DNA of 64,000 bases, taken from Pocillopora damicornis. Lineage: Eukaryota. The notes below the pieces were generated by a model that saw nothing but the letters and a program-made list of their open reading frames with translations, made no database searches and was not told the DNA's origin. The stretch covers positions 1 through 64,000 of the forward strand of contig NW_020844827.1 in assembly GCF_003704095.1 (NCBI RefSeq), in the 5' to 3' direction. Below are positions 24,564 to 37,653 of the stretch, piece by piece. Each line of letters starts with the position of its first letter. Position 1 is the first letter of the stretch. Made by a program: the position numbers and the translations under genes.

Positions 24564-27500
24564 TTAAGTTTTAATGTTTCCTTCTTTAAGGTTTTCATCT
24601 GTTTCATTGTCGTTTCTCTCCTGTTTCTTCTCAAGAGCTGAAGATTTGAATTTTCGCATCCTGATAAGCTTGAGGCTGGCCACATCGCAGTTCCATTCTC
24701 TAAAAAACAAAAATAAATCAAAGTTTCTAAGAGAAAACGTAAGATTAAAATACTCATATTCCAGCCAAACACAGCAAAAAATCATCATTTTTGATACATT
24801 TTTGCACAAAATAAAAAAATAGCCGATTTAGCCTAGAACAGTTAACCATTTACTTTGCAAAGAGTGAAAAAACCCTTTTTAGAAGAAATGCAATGGTGGC
24901 AAGGTGCAGGATTTGAAATCTGGAGGTACCAAGTTAAAAATCTTCACTCTGAAGAAGTTTTGAGTTCAATTTGCAACTATGCTTTGTAAATAGCCAACTG
25001 TGTTTCCTCCTATTGATGTAAATATTAACCCTTTAACTCCCAAGATCTGATTGTTAATTGTCCTCTATAGCTGTTAAACTTTTCCTAGTAAATTAGTGAC
25101 AAGAATTCTGTGTTAGATCAAAATGACAAGTTTGACATGATAAGTCTAAGTATTCTCATTACCTGTTTGCTGTATAAAGTATGGATATTCAGTGTTCTCC
25201 ACAGATTTTGAAGTAGTCAGCTAAAATTATAAAGCAGCCAGCACTTCCAAATAGAGCACAAATTCAAGCCACACTCAAAATTAGCTTAGAAAAAAAAAGA
25301 GAATAATTTTCTGTGATTTTGTCTGACAGAAATAGCCGGTGCTTGAGACATGAGTAGCCGGCGAAAAAGCCAGTTGCCGACACCCTTGAAGAACACTGGA
25401 TATTATCAGGAGAAGTTGCATGTCAATCACTTCTGGGAGTCAAAGGGTTAACCAATTTTTTTCCTAGTTACTCCATGTGTCTGTGTATTTACAGTGAACT
25501 AAGGAAGAGCTTGATATTGTTGCTCAAATTAAAGTTAACCCTTTATACCCTAACATCGATCAGTACCCATATTCTCCACACTCTTCTCTATATGTTTACT
25601 TTGCTCTGGACAAGGAGAATTTGTATTACAATCAAAGCATCTTAGGTTAGCAATCTCATGATCTTAATGAATGATTCAGCTGCATTGCTGCAAGGAAAAT
25701 TTGGATGCTGGTCACTCTTAGAGTTTAAAAGGTGAATGTAAGTTACAGTTATTGCAGAATTTCCCAAGCCTAATTCTTCAAAGATTTTTTTTGTCTCTTT
25801 CTGTCTGTTCCCAATCAGCTCACAATCCCCTGTAATTTGCCAAAATGTCCACAACACCCTGCAGCACACGTGAACAACGTTTGATCCTGGTCTGAGACAT
25901 ACTTACAGTAACTGAGTTGTATTTTCTTGCTTAACCCTTTCACTCCCACAAGTGACCAAGACAGAATTTCTCCTTACAATATCAATACAATATCAAGCAG
26001 GCTGGTGATGAGAATAGAGAAGAATATCAATTATGGGATTATTAGTTGATCCAGTACCAAATTCTCTGAACTAACATCATAAGAATTGTATGGAAGATAG
26101 TAAGGAGAATTACTAATCAGATCTTGGGAGTGAAAGGGTTGAAGAAAGCAAATCAAGACATTTTACTCACCCAAATTGTGCCAACACTTTTGCAGATGTT
26201 AGGTCTGGAAGCTCTGGGTGCAGAAGAAAAAGAACGGAAATTTCATCGTTAGAAATAGGATAACATAAATTGTACGCAATTAAGACTGAGACAAGGAAAT
26301 AAATTGTGTTGCTTGGAATTGGAAAACATAAATGAGAAGAAGAAAGCCTGAGACAAGTAATTCTTTGTACATTTTGTTGAAACTGTTTTTAAAAATTATC
26401 CCTTCAGAATGTTGAGACAGAGCAGTAATTGAGTTCCTCAGTTTTAACCACAAGGCTTAAAGTATCAATCAATAAATCATATCTGTGCAATGATTCTGTG
26501 AGTTTTTGATCCACATTTGCCTTCTAAGATAATTGCAGGTGGGGTGCAGGAGAGCAAATTTGGGAATACTGTATTTACCTGGCTATAAGCCAAGACCCCA
26601 AACTTCCAATTTGTAAACTCAGCAGCATCATTGCGAAAAATTAAACCAAAACCTTTGGCTCTACGTTAAGACCTATTTTAGAACACAATGTTCATAAAAA
26701 GATAGAGACTTTACAAAAGAAACACAATGATTGTCATGAATATTTAGAAGGATTGAAAAGTATAAGAAAACAAGATTGACCTATCCAGAAACACACGCAA
26801 TTGCAAAGTGCTAACTGATAATTAATTTCCGGTAAGTCGAAAAAGTTTTGTTTTAAGGAAAAATCTCTGCTATAATCCGAACCCCTTCTATAGCTCAGAT
26901 TTTACCAAATATTAGCGTTAATTTGTGCAAAAATTGCTCAGCCTATAGCCAAATAAATATGGCATGTGATAAATCAATTGTCTAGATGCCCAAAAATAGT
27001 GTCCAAAACTATTAACCTACCTATACCACAAGTGTTGTACAGCTCCCTTTCACGTTCAATAACATTTCTCAGTGTGTCCTCTCTTGATGCATGAGCTCGG
27101 CCTTGTCTGCCTTTTATACTGTTCTGTTCATTGATTTGTTGAAGCTCTTCGTCAGAGCGATGTAAATACCTAGAAAATATTTATGAGAATGTTTCATTGC
27201 TATGAGTCAGGTCATTGAGTTGAATGTGTGAGAATTGTGAAAGGTGGGGCATTCAAGAAAATTCAGAGTTTTACAGTTCTTTACAACATATTTTTATCTT
27301 GATTGTGCATGCTAGACAAGAAAAACAATCTTCATTATTTTCATTCTTAAAATAAACATTTCAGCAAGTCTGGCCAGCAGATAAAAGGTGCTCATCAAAG
27401 AAAAATTGAAGACCAGCGAATAAATATCCTTGCAAAATTTAATTCCCTGTCGAAAATTCAGTATGTAATATCCAAAAAATATACCGTATATGTATCAAAA

Positions 27501-29402
27501 AATTATTAATCCATCTACTGATAAGTTCTATTTTGTATCTTCTGTTGTGAAATGACATTCATCTGAAAACATTTCACATAGTTACATAGTAGAGAATCTA
27601 GCTATCATCTTTATTTTAATCTTTAGATTTGTACAAATTTTGTGCAGGCATCAAAAGTGTACACATTTTGAAAAATAAGGTAAAGTTACAAATGTTTGAA
27701 TTGCAAAATAGCCCTTTTTTCACATTTTCCAAGTAATGAAATTACAAAGAATAAAACCCTGTGAAATACTGTCCTGCCAAAATCATGAATCAGGTATGAA
27801 TAAAGTAATGCACTTGTAAGACAGTCACCTACCTCTCAATGAGTTCACACACTTCAGAACTCGAATACTCTGTTTTATCATGATCTATGTTCTCGAAAAA
27901 CCATCTAAACTTTTCTCCAACTGAAAAAAATAAAGGATAAGCTTTAAAAAGGCAAAACTGGAGAATGGGGACCTTGAAAAAGTTTCCAGACTGCTCTGTC
28001 ATAGATCTGAAGCAGACAATACACTACTCCATTTTCACTCTTACTGCTGGAATGATAAAAATCATCTTTGTGTCCCCCCAGTGGGAAATTTCTGCCAATG
28101 ATCACAATCTTCATATGAAACCACTCATATCTGACATGTTGAATATATCAGTGGTTGAATAAGTAAGCATTTGCCAAGTGCACCCATTGCCTTAGTTCTC
28201 TACAAAGTTCATTAATCTGGATGTCACACATCTTTTTACAAAGCCAACCAACAAAATTGATTAGGTGAATTGGCATAGCCAGCATGCTTACAGAAGTCAA
28301 TGGTTTAATAAGATTACCACTCTCATGATGATAACCTTACTAGGAACTGGTACAATAAAATGCCTATGTTTTGGTGTTGGATGTTAGTCTATAATCAGAT
28401 AAAAACAGTGCAGACTGTTCAGTTTAGCATCTCAGAACTGTACCTTTTATTTGAAGAAGATAGTTTCTCTCAGTCTTCTTCCTAAATACAATCAAACAAC
28501 AACAATAAAATGATTGGTGGAAAGGACTTCTGAAAATCAGCTGCAGATGTTTGCAAACAACTTTTGGACATGATACAGCTATTTTGAAAAAGGTTGTTGG
28601 AAAAAAAAAAGCGTAAAAGTGCTCATAACAACCCCGAAAGTTATTGTGTGTAGCTTTCAGGTTACAGTTCTTAAACCTCTGGATTTCAGGGTAATCTACG
28701 AAAACGTCAAGGTAAGAACGAGGCATAGCAGGTTTAATGGATTTGCCTATTTTTTTGGACTTACTCAAATTCATTGATTACCAGATATCCAGATTACCTT
28801 TTGAGACTGTTAAGTGCACTTATTCCCTTTTTTTAAGGCGAATTTTCTCAAAAATGCTGAATGCGGTTAGTTTGCATTTATACTCAGGTTTACACAATAT
28901 TTTCAATCCAGTTTTAGCAATGTTTTTCTCTGTTTCAGTTTTGTATATGAGATGACTGCGATACAAAGCGAATCAGTTCTTTGATAAAGGCAAACAATGG
29001 CGAAAAAATGGATTACCTACGAGATTAAGATTTTATCCTAGAATAGTATATATATATGGAGTTACAAGGAAATCTTTTCAAAAATTAAATTCAAACTGGA
29101 TTGGGAACTTAAAACGACAACAGAAACTTAAATATTCATCGCACCTTTGAAGTTTCTCATCTCTGTGTGCTTGCCTCGCCAACTTTGTAGCTTTTCTAGA
29201 GTTTGGATGTACAACTTTCTTGCAATGCAACTTGGCTTTTCCTTCTTTTGGCTATCGGTTAAAATAAAACATAGCGACATTTTTGCAAATCTACGGCAGA
29301 ACTCAGCAAAATCGGAGTATTAACTCGATCGTAGTGAATAGCAAGAGTTGTGAATTGTGGCATAAAGTTCTAAGCAGGGAAAAAAATGTAAATACGCACC
29401 AT
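24564..29402 (-). CDS. TMA16: Translation machinery-associated protein 16
   Basis: Exons 29402-29400 (ATG only), 29251-29145, 28481-28444, 27920-27833, 27169-27021, 26213-26171, 24699-24564. Protein MPKEGKAKLHCKKVVHPNSRKATKLARQAHRDEK..VGEKFRWF..CELIERYLHR..GRQGRAHASRE..ELPDLT..EWN..IRMRK matches TMA16 throughout. Confidence 0.93.
25029..25447. mobile_element. TTAA-flanked piggyBac-like MITE carrying a nested insertion
   Basis: TTAA|ccctttaactccc ... gggagtcaaaggg|TTAA. Related copies at ~1831, 25539-25730, 25935-26138, 34900-35075, 52167-52846, 56292-56495, 56610-56805, 57741-57934, 58641-58871, 62691-62899. Confidence 0.8.
25190..25398. mobile_element. 209-bp hAT-like MITE with a 6-bp TSD, nested in the TTAA-MITE
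   Basis: gatatt|CAGTGTTCT ... AGAACACTG|gatatt; the host element resumes after the TSD. Confidence 0.8.
25935..26138. mobile_element. piggyBac-like MITE, second subfamily
   Basis: ttaa|ccctttcactccca ... tgggagtgaaaggg|ttga, 14-bp TIR. Confidence 0.8.
26569..26963. mobile_element. Degenerate Tc1/pogo-type MITE
   Basis: ctgtatttacctggctataagc versus gcctatagccaaataaatatgg, imperfect inverted ends; coordinates approximate. Confidence 0.45.
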
Positions 29403-29546
29403 GTCTAATTTCTGAAGGAGGAAAGTTTCTTGATTCAGCTTGTTGTGGTCCGTAGGCAGTTAAAACCACGTGAAAATTGTGTGAGTCGATAACAGGTCAG
29501 CTGTTGTGTTCGAGGAATCATGCGTCTTCGGCGCGGGGTAAACAAG
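29403..29546. promoter_or_regulatory. Bidirectional promoter TMA16/TIMM29
   Basis: Only 144 bp between the divergent ATGs; CACGTG E-box at 29467; CpG-rich relative to the flanking gene bodies. Confidence 0.75.
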
Positions 29547-30140
29547 ATGGCGGCCCGATTGAGGAGTGCGTTTCGAAACGTAAACCGTATAAACAACATG
29601 TTTTTACCGCAGTTTGAAAATTTAAAGCAAAGAAAACTCGGCAGGTCAGCTTACAATGTATTCACAGATTACAAGCTGGTATTTAAGGAACTGTACCAGA
29701 ATATGAAGGCAAAACCCTTCCGTTCAGCTTGCACCTTAGCATCGCTCGGAGGACTTTACTACATTTACGAACAGAACCCAGATGTGAATTCTTATGAAGA
29801 TGCTGTGCTAGAATGCTCCAATGAACTGTTGCAGATCAGCCATTTGATAAGGAATCCAAATTCGGACAGTTACGTGCAGAATATTCTGAAATACCGCAAT
29901 CAGGAAAGGTTGCAAATACAGACTTTTGGATTTTTGTCTCTCGTGTATGTGACTGAGTTTGGACCTGGCTGTGATTTGTACGAAAAACATTGTGAATATG
30001 TACAGCCAAGATGGAAGACATTCCCTGAACGTGTGATCGACGTTGGAATTCTAGGACATTGGTTCTTTCTGGAAAGAGCAATGAAAGATTATGATGTGAA
30101 TGAAGCTGAGCTTGCGAACTGTCCACCGGATACTGAGTAG
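29547..30140 (+). CDS. TIMM29: Mitochondrial TIM22 complex subunit Tim29, single exon
   Basis: Arg-rich presequence, one TM segment (ACTLASLGGLYYIY), NPD..Y, IRNP.SD, CDLY..C..PRW..FPERVIDVG..GHW..L..AMKDYDVN. Likely start is aacaagATGGCG at 29547; an upstream in-frame ATG is at 29520. Confidence 0.92.
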   Translation: MAARLRSAFRNVNRINNMFLPQFENLKQRKLGRSAYNVFTDYKLVFKELYQNMKAKPFRSACTLASLGGLYYIYEQNPDVNSYEDAVLECSNELLQISHLIRNPNSDSYVQNILKYRNQERLQIQTFGFLSLVYVTEFGPGCDLYEKHCEYVQPRWKTFPERVIDVGILGHWFFLERAMKDYDVNEAELANCPPDTE

Positions 30141-30464
30141 AAACCACGCAGTCGCGCAACTCACGGCTAAATCGTCACGCAACACTTCCTTCTTGCGTTA
30201 TGTGGCAACTGTAACGATGTTTCGCTAAAGAGACAAGAAACTGAGTTAGTAAAATGGTGACATTCAATAAAATGTTGAGATGGAAATGTTTAAATTGCAA
30301 ATAAAGGCTGAACAGAATTCTTCTATTTGTGTTTATTTTGAAGGTGAGTATGCATGCACCAGACTAGGATTTCATCAACAGGACTTTCTCCTTTGGATTT
30401 CAGTTTTCTTTCCTTCCCTCCTCACTTTTTCATATTTTAATGATTCTACTGTTGTTCATTGTGG

Positions 30465-30726
30465 AACATTGTGGCCTAATTTAGTTGGTGCACTGGACCC
30501 TGGGTTGAGAGGTCTGGGTCCAAGACCTGGCCAGTTCATTGTGATGTGTTCTTGGACAAAACACTTTACTCTCGGTGCCTCTCTCCAACCAGGAGTATAA
30601 CTGGGTGCTGATGAATTATCAGGGAAGCCTGATGAAATGCAAGGGGGTAACCATTAAACTGAGATAAGCTCCAACTGCATGGGCCTTATAAGCTTGAGTA
30701 CAGACTTTACCTACCTTACCTTTACC
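30465..30726 (+). mobile_element. tRNA-derived SINE with simple-repeat tail
   Basis: gtggcctaat..ggtgcactggac..gggtccaagacctggcc head, gtgttcttggacaaaacactttactctc core, (ttacct)n tail. A related fragment is at the window end (~63960). Confidence 0.75.
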
Positions 30727-30809
30727 AGTCTGTTGTAGCTGAGAGCTGCCTCAAAGGCTCATGAATGACGACTAGATAGATCAAATACCCTGAATTACCA
30801 CAACAAGTT

Positions 30810-30884
30810 TACAGTACAAGTTGTTTGTAGCTGATTTAATATCTCAGTACAGTACAAGTTGTTTGTAGCTGATTTAATATCTCA
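30810..30884 (+). repeat. Perfect tandem duplication, 38-bp period
   Basis: tacagtacaagttgtttgtagctgatttaatatctca occurs twice. Confidence 0.9.
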
Positions 30885-32924
30885 ACCAGGGCACCTCTGA
30901 CACACCATGCTTCCAATCCCAGGGGTGACTTTAAGGGAATTTCTTGCTACAATGTTGAAGTGAGTAAAATAAAGAGTGAAATTGTTTGACTTAATGCACC
31001 AAATTCTCAGAGCTAAAAATTGTATTAAGGAGATATTGTAGAGAGTTGATATTTTGATCTTGGGAGCTTTTTAGCATGATAATACCCTCATATCCGAGTT
31101 GTTGCCACACAACTACCCTGCCTCCCCACCACAAGAATGCCATAGTCAGCCTGTCACTCCTCCCACCTGTGAACCCCTCCCTCCCCTCTGTACCTGATCT
31201 CTCAAAAAAAATGTCATTTTAAAAAGAGCTTTCAAATATTATTATGTACCACAATTACTGATTGACTTAAAAATACTGTAGTTCACTGTTGTACTTTTTA
31301 TTCCCAATGACAGAAGAGATATGAAGAAAAAAATTGTTTCTCTTTCTCTCACGCTACAGGAGCTTTCAGCGCTACACTGATAACTACAGACGTTGGCCCA
31401 GGAGGTGCGTAGATCAACAGCTTTACAGCGACATTCAATTTTCCTGCTCTCAAAACTTAATATGACGCACTCAATTTTCGAGGGCGCAGACTATTTGTCG
31501 CGATCACAATTAATCTCGCACCGTCAGCCATTTCAGAAGCTCGCGGCCTTTCGTCTACCACTCATCCTTTTATCTGTTAATTTGTTCTGCAAGACCATAA
31601 TGAGTAAAAAATATATCTTCACATATGTTTTAAGTATTTAGCTAATTAGCTTGTCGAGAGAACGACTCTATATTGACAACGTGCTCGGCCGTTTTGAAAA
31701 CAACTCTGACATTTCCAAATTTGACTACTTTTTCCTGCGTGCTCCGAGGCAAAGATGTCCGAGGTCATTAAGCAACTTGCTTAATTCAACACTCTTTCTA
31801 TTTTGATACAAAAGAAGATTAAATGATACATAAACTTGATTACTGAAAACAGTTGTCTCGGCCGGATACTTCGGGTAACGGGCAATCGATCACCTAACTG
31901 TTTATTTATCTTTTCAAGCAATCTTTGAAAAAATTAGAAGCATTACAAATGTTTTTTTTGTACAAAAAAAAAATCTCCATGTGTTGCGAGGTGCTTCGTT
32001 ACTGAAAATTAAGGGTTGAGTGGGCTTCTAGAAAGAATCTCTAGATCTTTCGGCACCATTTTAGCAGTTAGTCTAAACTGATTGAACATAGCTGTTTGAG
32101 AATGTGACCGTCACGAAATACCTGATCCAATGACAGATCCATATATGGGGCCAGATGGTCGAGACTAGTTAAAAATGCCGCCAACCCCTGTCGCTCTTTT
32201 ACCGAAAAACATCTCCTGAATTCGCTCCAGGCGTTTTGTAAACAAATAATGTTTGTCTAAAATTGTACACGTTATTTGATTTGCGCTCTGATTTCGGATT
32301 TTTGCCAATGAAGTACAAGCGCTCAAATTGACCATCCAGGATCAGATATAAAACACAGACTGGAGCATCTGAGAAATAAGATGTGATAACAGGTATTAGC
32401 TTGGGTAGATAAGATAATAAAACCATCATTGATACAATATATGTTCATTCTTCCTCTGTACGCCAGTTGGTATTCATGGCTTCTACTGCCTCGAGGTAAT
32501 TGCTTAAACAGTGTGAAAGAGTATTAGTACAACTAAACAGATCAACATGGATGGATAACACTTAAAGGACATGGTTATTGAGATATCTTGTTAGGCGGGC
32601 CGTTTTGAAAAGTGATCTAACTTCCGCAAGAAGTGGGATTTGAGGTTTGAACCTCAAGAGTTCTCTTCCTCCGGCTTTGCGCAACAAATGAATTGCAGAA
32701 TATTATTTTGATATCACACTGTGATCCCAGGTGCGTGGATGGCACGTAATAAATAAGCTTACATTTTATTCAGTTCATTAACCTTCCACAAGATTCATGT
32801 GCTGCTGACAAACACGGACACACATAACCACGTCCTGGCAGTGGAGCAACTTGATACATATACAAGAGAAGTACACTAATTGAAAACTGTTGTTCATTGA
32901 TAAACTACAGCGCGGAATACCAAC

Positions 32925-34169
32925 ATGAATCGCCAAATTACAGTTAAAATACCACTGATGAAAATTACTTCGTATCACAGCAAAGAAACGAATCCTTTCC
33001 AAGCTTGTAATAACAACGTTCAAGTGTCTCCGGTGTTAGCTTTTGATTCTGGCCCAGGATTTGAGTCAAGACCGCTTCTTGAGCCCGACCTTCGGAATCT
33101 ACCGAATGTAGACTCAACCGAACTGGACAGCTCTTTACGAGATTTATTGATGGAAAAAATGAAATCTGGCAACGTTTTTACCGACGATAACGATGACACT
33201 ATTTCTGAAATTTCAACGTGCAGCTCGGTAGTCGGTCTAGAGACTGTTGATGAGAGTGATTCAGCAAACACTTCAGCGCCGACAGGTAGCCGAACGACCT
33301 CGAGGGCGTCTTCGTTTAATGCCGGATCGACGTCGAAGACTAACGAAGGAACCAGTTATCATTCATTAAGCGAAGCCGAAGAGGAAGATGGTCGAAAAAC
33401 AGCAATGAAAAAGTCTAAGAAAATATCTGACTTGTTTCCGTTTAACGCTGCAAGTCTTGGCGGAAATGGGGTCGCTGATGAGAATGATGAGATTCGACCC
33501 CCTGCGCCCTCTGAGAGAAGAAGAAAGCTCAGCATCACTAGAAGAATTTCTCCGCTATCTTTGCATGGAATTTTCGCTGGGAATCAATCTACTGGTTCGA
33601 ATAAACAAGATGTTACTAACGAGAAAGAAACAAAGAGGACTCGCAAATTATCTTTGACGATATTTCATAAACCAACGAGTGAGAAAGAACGAAAGAGACG
33701 AAACACTGACCCACAACTTCCACCAAATCAACAAGTGGCAACTACCATTGAAAACGAAGAGAAGAGAAGAGTAGAAGAGGCGGCGAATTTAGAGCGTAAA
33801 GAGTCACAAACCAAGCCTGTCCCTGAACAAGCCTTCTTCAAAGAGGAAGATGTCAAAATCCACGACCTCATTAGGCACGTGCTGCGCGCGCATCTTTTAT
33901 CAATGAAAGAATACAAGCGAGAGACTTGTGACCGAGTTTGTAAAAGCATCTGTAGAATTTTAAAAACGCTTGTAGAGTCCATGAAGGAGACGGAAAATGT
34001 TCAGTGCAAGGTTGTATGCCAAGCGTACATCGGATCCGTGAGAGACGAGGGAATGTTCGCCTCTGTCCAGGCCTTATGGGAGACTGATCGAGATAACTTC
34101 GCTGCGGCGAGTTTTAGGAGTGATTCTTTGTTTGGATTTGCGTCTGTTATAACAAACTCTCTATACTGA
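32925..34169 (+). CDS. Tctex-1 (dynein light chain Tctex-type) domain protein A with a ~300-aa disordered N-terminus; intronless CDS
   Basis: 414-aa ORF; C-terminus IRHVL..EYKRETC..ICRILK..KVVCQAYIGS..QALWETDRDNFAAASFRSDSLFGFASV fits the Tctex-1 pattern. Confidence 0.85.
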   Translation: MNRQITVKIPLMKITSYHSKETNPFQACNNNVQVSPVLAFDSGPGFESRPLLEPDLRNLPNVDSTELDSSLRDLLMEKMKSGNVFTDDNDDTISEISTCSSVVGLETVDESDSANTSAPTGSRTTSRASSFNAGSTSKTNEGTSYHSLSEAEEEDGRKTAMKKSKKISDLFPFNAASLGGNGVADENDEIRPPAPSERRRKLSITRRISPLSLHGIFAGNQSTGSNKQDVTNEKETKRTRKLSLTIFHKPTSEKERKRRNTDPQLPPNQQVATTIENEEKRRVEEAANLERKESQTKPVPEQAFFKEEDVKIHDLIRHVLRAHLLSMKEYKRETCDRVCKSICRILKTLVESMKETENVQCKVVCQAYIGSVRDEGMFASVQALWETDRDNFAAASFRSDSLFGFASVITNSLY

Positions 34170-37100
34170 TATATCATATAAATGTTAATCACCACACTAA
34201 TATATTCATACGATGATGAAATAACTTGCATGTCAGATTCTTCGGGTACGGAAATGTAGGAGCTACGGTTTCCCGCCATGGCGTGTCATGTTTATTTGTT
34301 TAGTTTTAGATATCAGTCTGGCTGAAATTGGATTAAAAATATTGAAGTGTTATAACTGATTCTTTCGCTTTTCCTTAATAATTTTAGCCTTCTTGTAATA
34401 ATAATTTCACAGACTTAATTTCGCCAGAAGTGGTTTATCACTCTGACCAGACGGTTTTCATTTCAAAAGATCCTCCGTAGCCTCACAGCATGCTGGGACA
34501 TTTTTTAAATTTTCTCGCTAATATCTGAGATAGTAAAGAGGGCAATAGAAGCTCCGTTAGCTTTCTGGAACCGAAAATTTGAAAAAGAGGACATACAGAA
34601 CAAGCAAATTTTTAATGATGAAACGACTTTGCGTAACAGGCTGGTACGACGTGTCCCTTTTCATTCCCGGAATCTTAAGCGGTTATCTCCCTGTGCAGTA
34701 TACCACCCACTTCCTATAACCCCTTGTCTGAGAATTTAGCGTCAATTAGATAAAAAATGTCTTTCCATCGATAAGCGTTTTTTTCTGTGGAGATAGACGT
34801 GTTCTCTGCACACATAGGACCTCACGATTTTAACGTGTAGCTCACGCATAGGGTGTCGATGTTATTCTAAAGTAGTCAGAGAGTAGCTTTCCTCCATTTT
34901 TTGACTCCTAAGAGTGATTGATATCTAATTTCTCCTTGCAGCACCACCCCTGCATCACATACTAGGGTCATGAGAATAAAGGAAATGATCATCAAATTCT
35001 CCTTGCATGCACCATAGGAAATTATAGAGATCAGTATGGAGAATATGCGTACTGATGTTAGGGTGCAAAACAGTTAATGAAAGAGATTAAATGATCTCTA
35101 GGTTAGGGGAAGGAAATTATATAGTTTTTATCTCCTTAATAAAAATATCTGCCCCATTTTGAGATTCTAAAAGGTAACCTGACTTTGCGAAAAACGTCTT
35201 CAAATTTTCTAAAAGATTTTTAAACAAGCGCCGCCATTTTGAATCTTGCTTATCTCTTCGGCCAATCAATTACCTGCGTCTAAAACCTCTTCTTTCCATC
35301 CCTCGTAGATTTTTATGAAGAACTGGGGGGCTAAAAAAAAGGTGTTCTAAGAAAAACCTTTTTTATTTAACCAGAACGCCGGTGTTTTTTCTCCGCGCGT
35401 TGTGATTTGCGTGTATGGTCATTTTGTTAACAAAAATGGCGGCGTCCCGAGTTTTATTTCATGCACATGCATTTGAAGCGGACAATTTTGAAATCGTTAG
35501 GCTACTTCCAACAGCGGGAAGTCTAAAAGTTTAAAGTATAATTCTAAACGACAGAGATGAAAATAACATGGTTTCTGAAGCATATTTCTTGTCTATGGAA
35601 AAATCATCTACACTTGTTGTCAAGTAAACGTACACAAATTGTCCTGAAATGTTTCCAGCAAGATAACCCGTGAAGACTATGCATGAAACACTATAAAAAC
35701 TCGGCTACCCGCGTGGTATATTTCTTTTCGTTTGTCAGATTTGAACGAAAAGAGCGCGAAACCATTCTCGAGACTTTCCAGTACGCAAACAAACACAAAA
35801 TCTCTCAATTAGACACCGAAAAACTTGAATCCGTTTTTCGCGCTGTAAACCTATAGCCACAGAGGATCATAGCTAAACCAATTAGACCTAAATTATCTCC
35901 GATTCAGTTATTTTTCAGTACGAAGTTAGAATTTTGCCAAAACACACCGCAAACATCTGTATATCATTTTCAGCGACATTCCGTGAGGAATAATATCATG
36001 AATGATAAACAATTATTCATCAAAGTAGAGATGAACAACTAGTGGTGTAATGGTATACACCACACAGAAGCCAATACATTAGTTTATTTCCGTCTGTATG
36101 CTGAAAAATTAGTCGGCTATATCAAACTCTTTACGCGCAACTTTGTCTAGCCAATCATCGCGCACGAAAAGCGCTCTTACCTGTGTGCTATATTCTTACA
36201 CGGTATACATGACTTTGTGTGTTTGGTTTTACTGGTGCAGATCGCAAAGTTTTTCTTAGTAATACAATATTTCCGGAATAGTTTGGTTTCAATTAAGTTA
36301 ATTATGTTGGCAACAGTCTTAATCAAATGAATCGAATTGATTCGTGGGTCAGAGAGTGTATCGATCGGTTTTTTTTTTTTCAGATTTCGAGTTCCCCATG
36401 TTCGAGAACCGTTGGCTCGTTTCCCAAACAGCGGCTCTTTATCGAGACTTGTTATTTTGATGAGTATGCTAGTTACTCTAAAGGTAAAACAGAGAACGTT
36501 TGTGCATTCGATAATCTGGATTATAGAGACCGCAACCATCTAAACGACCTTGCGGTTTTCATAGTCTCTACACCCAAGCTGACCGGCATAATAACACGCA
36601 ACTGTGCGTTGGTGTTAATGGCCACGTAATGTTTATTAACAAAACGCAAAAACAAAGTCTGCTCTCAGGCGTGAACGCTGGACTGTGCATTGATTAAAGA
36701 GGGCGGTAAAATTTGCATTATACTGAGCTAAATAATGACTCAATATTGTTAAATACTTCCGCGCCTTTAAGAACAACACGCTGTGCTATCAAATACTCAG
36801 AAAAACCTATAATGTCCTTGATATTCCATGCTGTGAAAACAGTTCCCATATTCCCACGCCCAGGTTCGGCTGGGAGACAATTAAATCAATTACAAACTAA
36901 CAGGAGGTTTCTAAATGGAGGATTACTCACTCCTTGTGGTATCTAACAACTTATTTCATTTTCATCTTTCACTTGGATTAAATATTTCTCGAGGCTATTA
37001 ACCATTTGTTTGCTCAATTCACTTCATATGTAAATAGCTCTAAATGACAAGCGATTTGTGGAACAAAAGTTCTTAGTAATCGTACCAAGATTTGAGCTGA

Positions 37101-37653
37101 TAATTGTTTGCATTCTGTCTGATTTACCACATAAATTTTGTGCGTCGTTTACACGGGAAAAAAAACTTCCTTTGAAAAATGACTGTAATAACAGTATCAC
37201 CGATTACGTGAATGCGAGAGAATTCACAGCTGGAAAAAGCCTGATTGAGCGTGCAAATAAGCCTTTTCACGGCCCCCTGTGATAAGCACCCGGCTATGAA
37301 AGCATATTTTGTCATCAACTAAAATTAACTGTTCTTTCTTTCTCCAATTTGCAACATTTTGTTTACTTTTTGCAAAACAATGTGGCTGTGTTGAAGGATT
37401 AAAGGATCGGCAGATATCAGTTAACCAGCACTTAACTGCCGGAAGCGAGTTGAGACGATTTAAACCGCGATAAATTTGACAATTAAGAGCCTGTCTTTCA
37501 CTTAAGATCACGTACTCCTATCCTTCATTATTGACATTAACGCCTCGCGTTTTTCTCGTGATTTGCCCGTGGTCTGTTGAGAGACCCTAGAGCTGTCTAA
37601 GGATACGTTCAGTGGGAATTTTCATAGAGCATCTCAGAGGAGAACGCTGAAGC

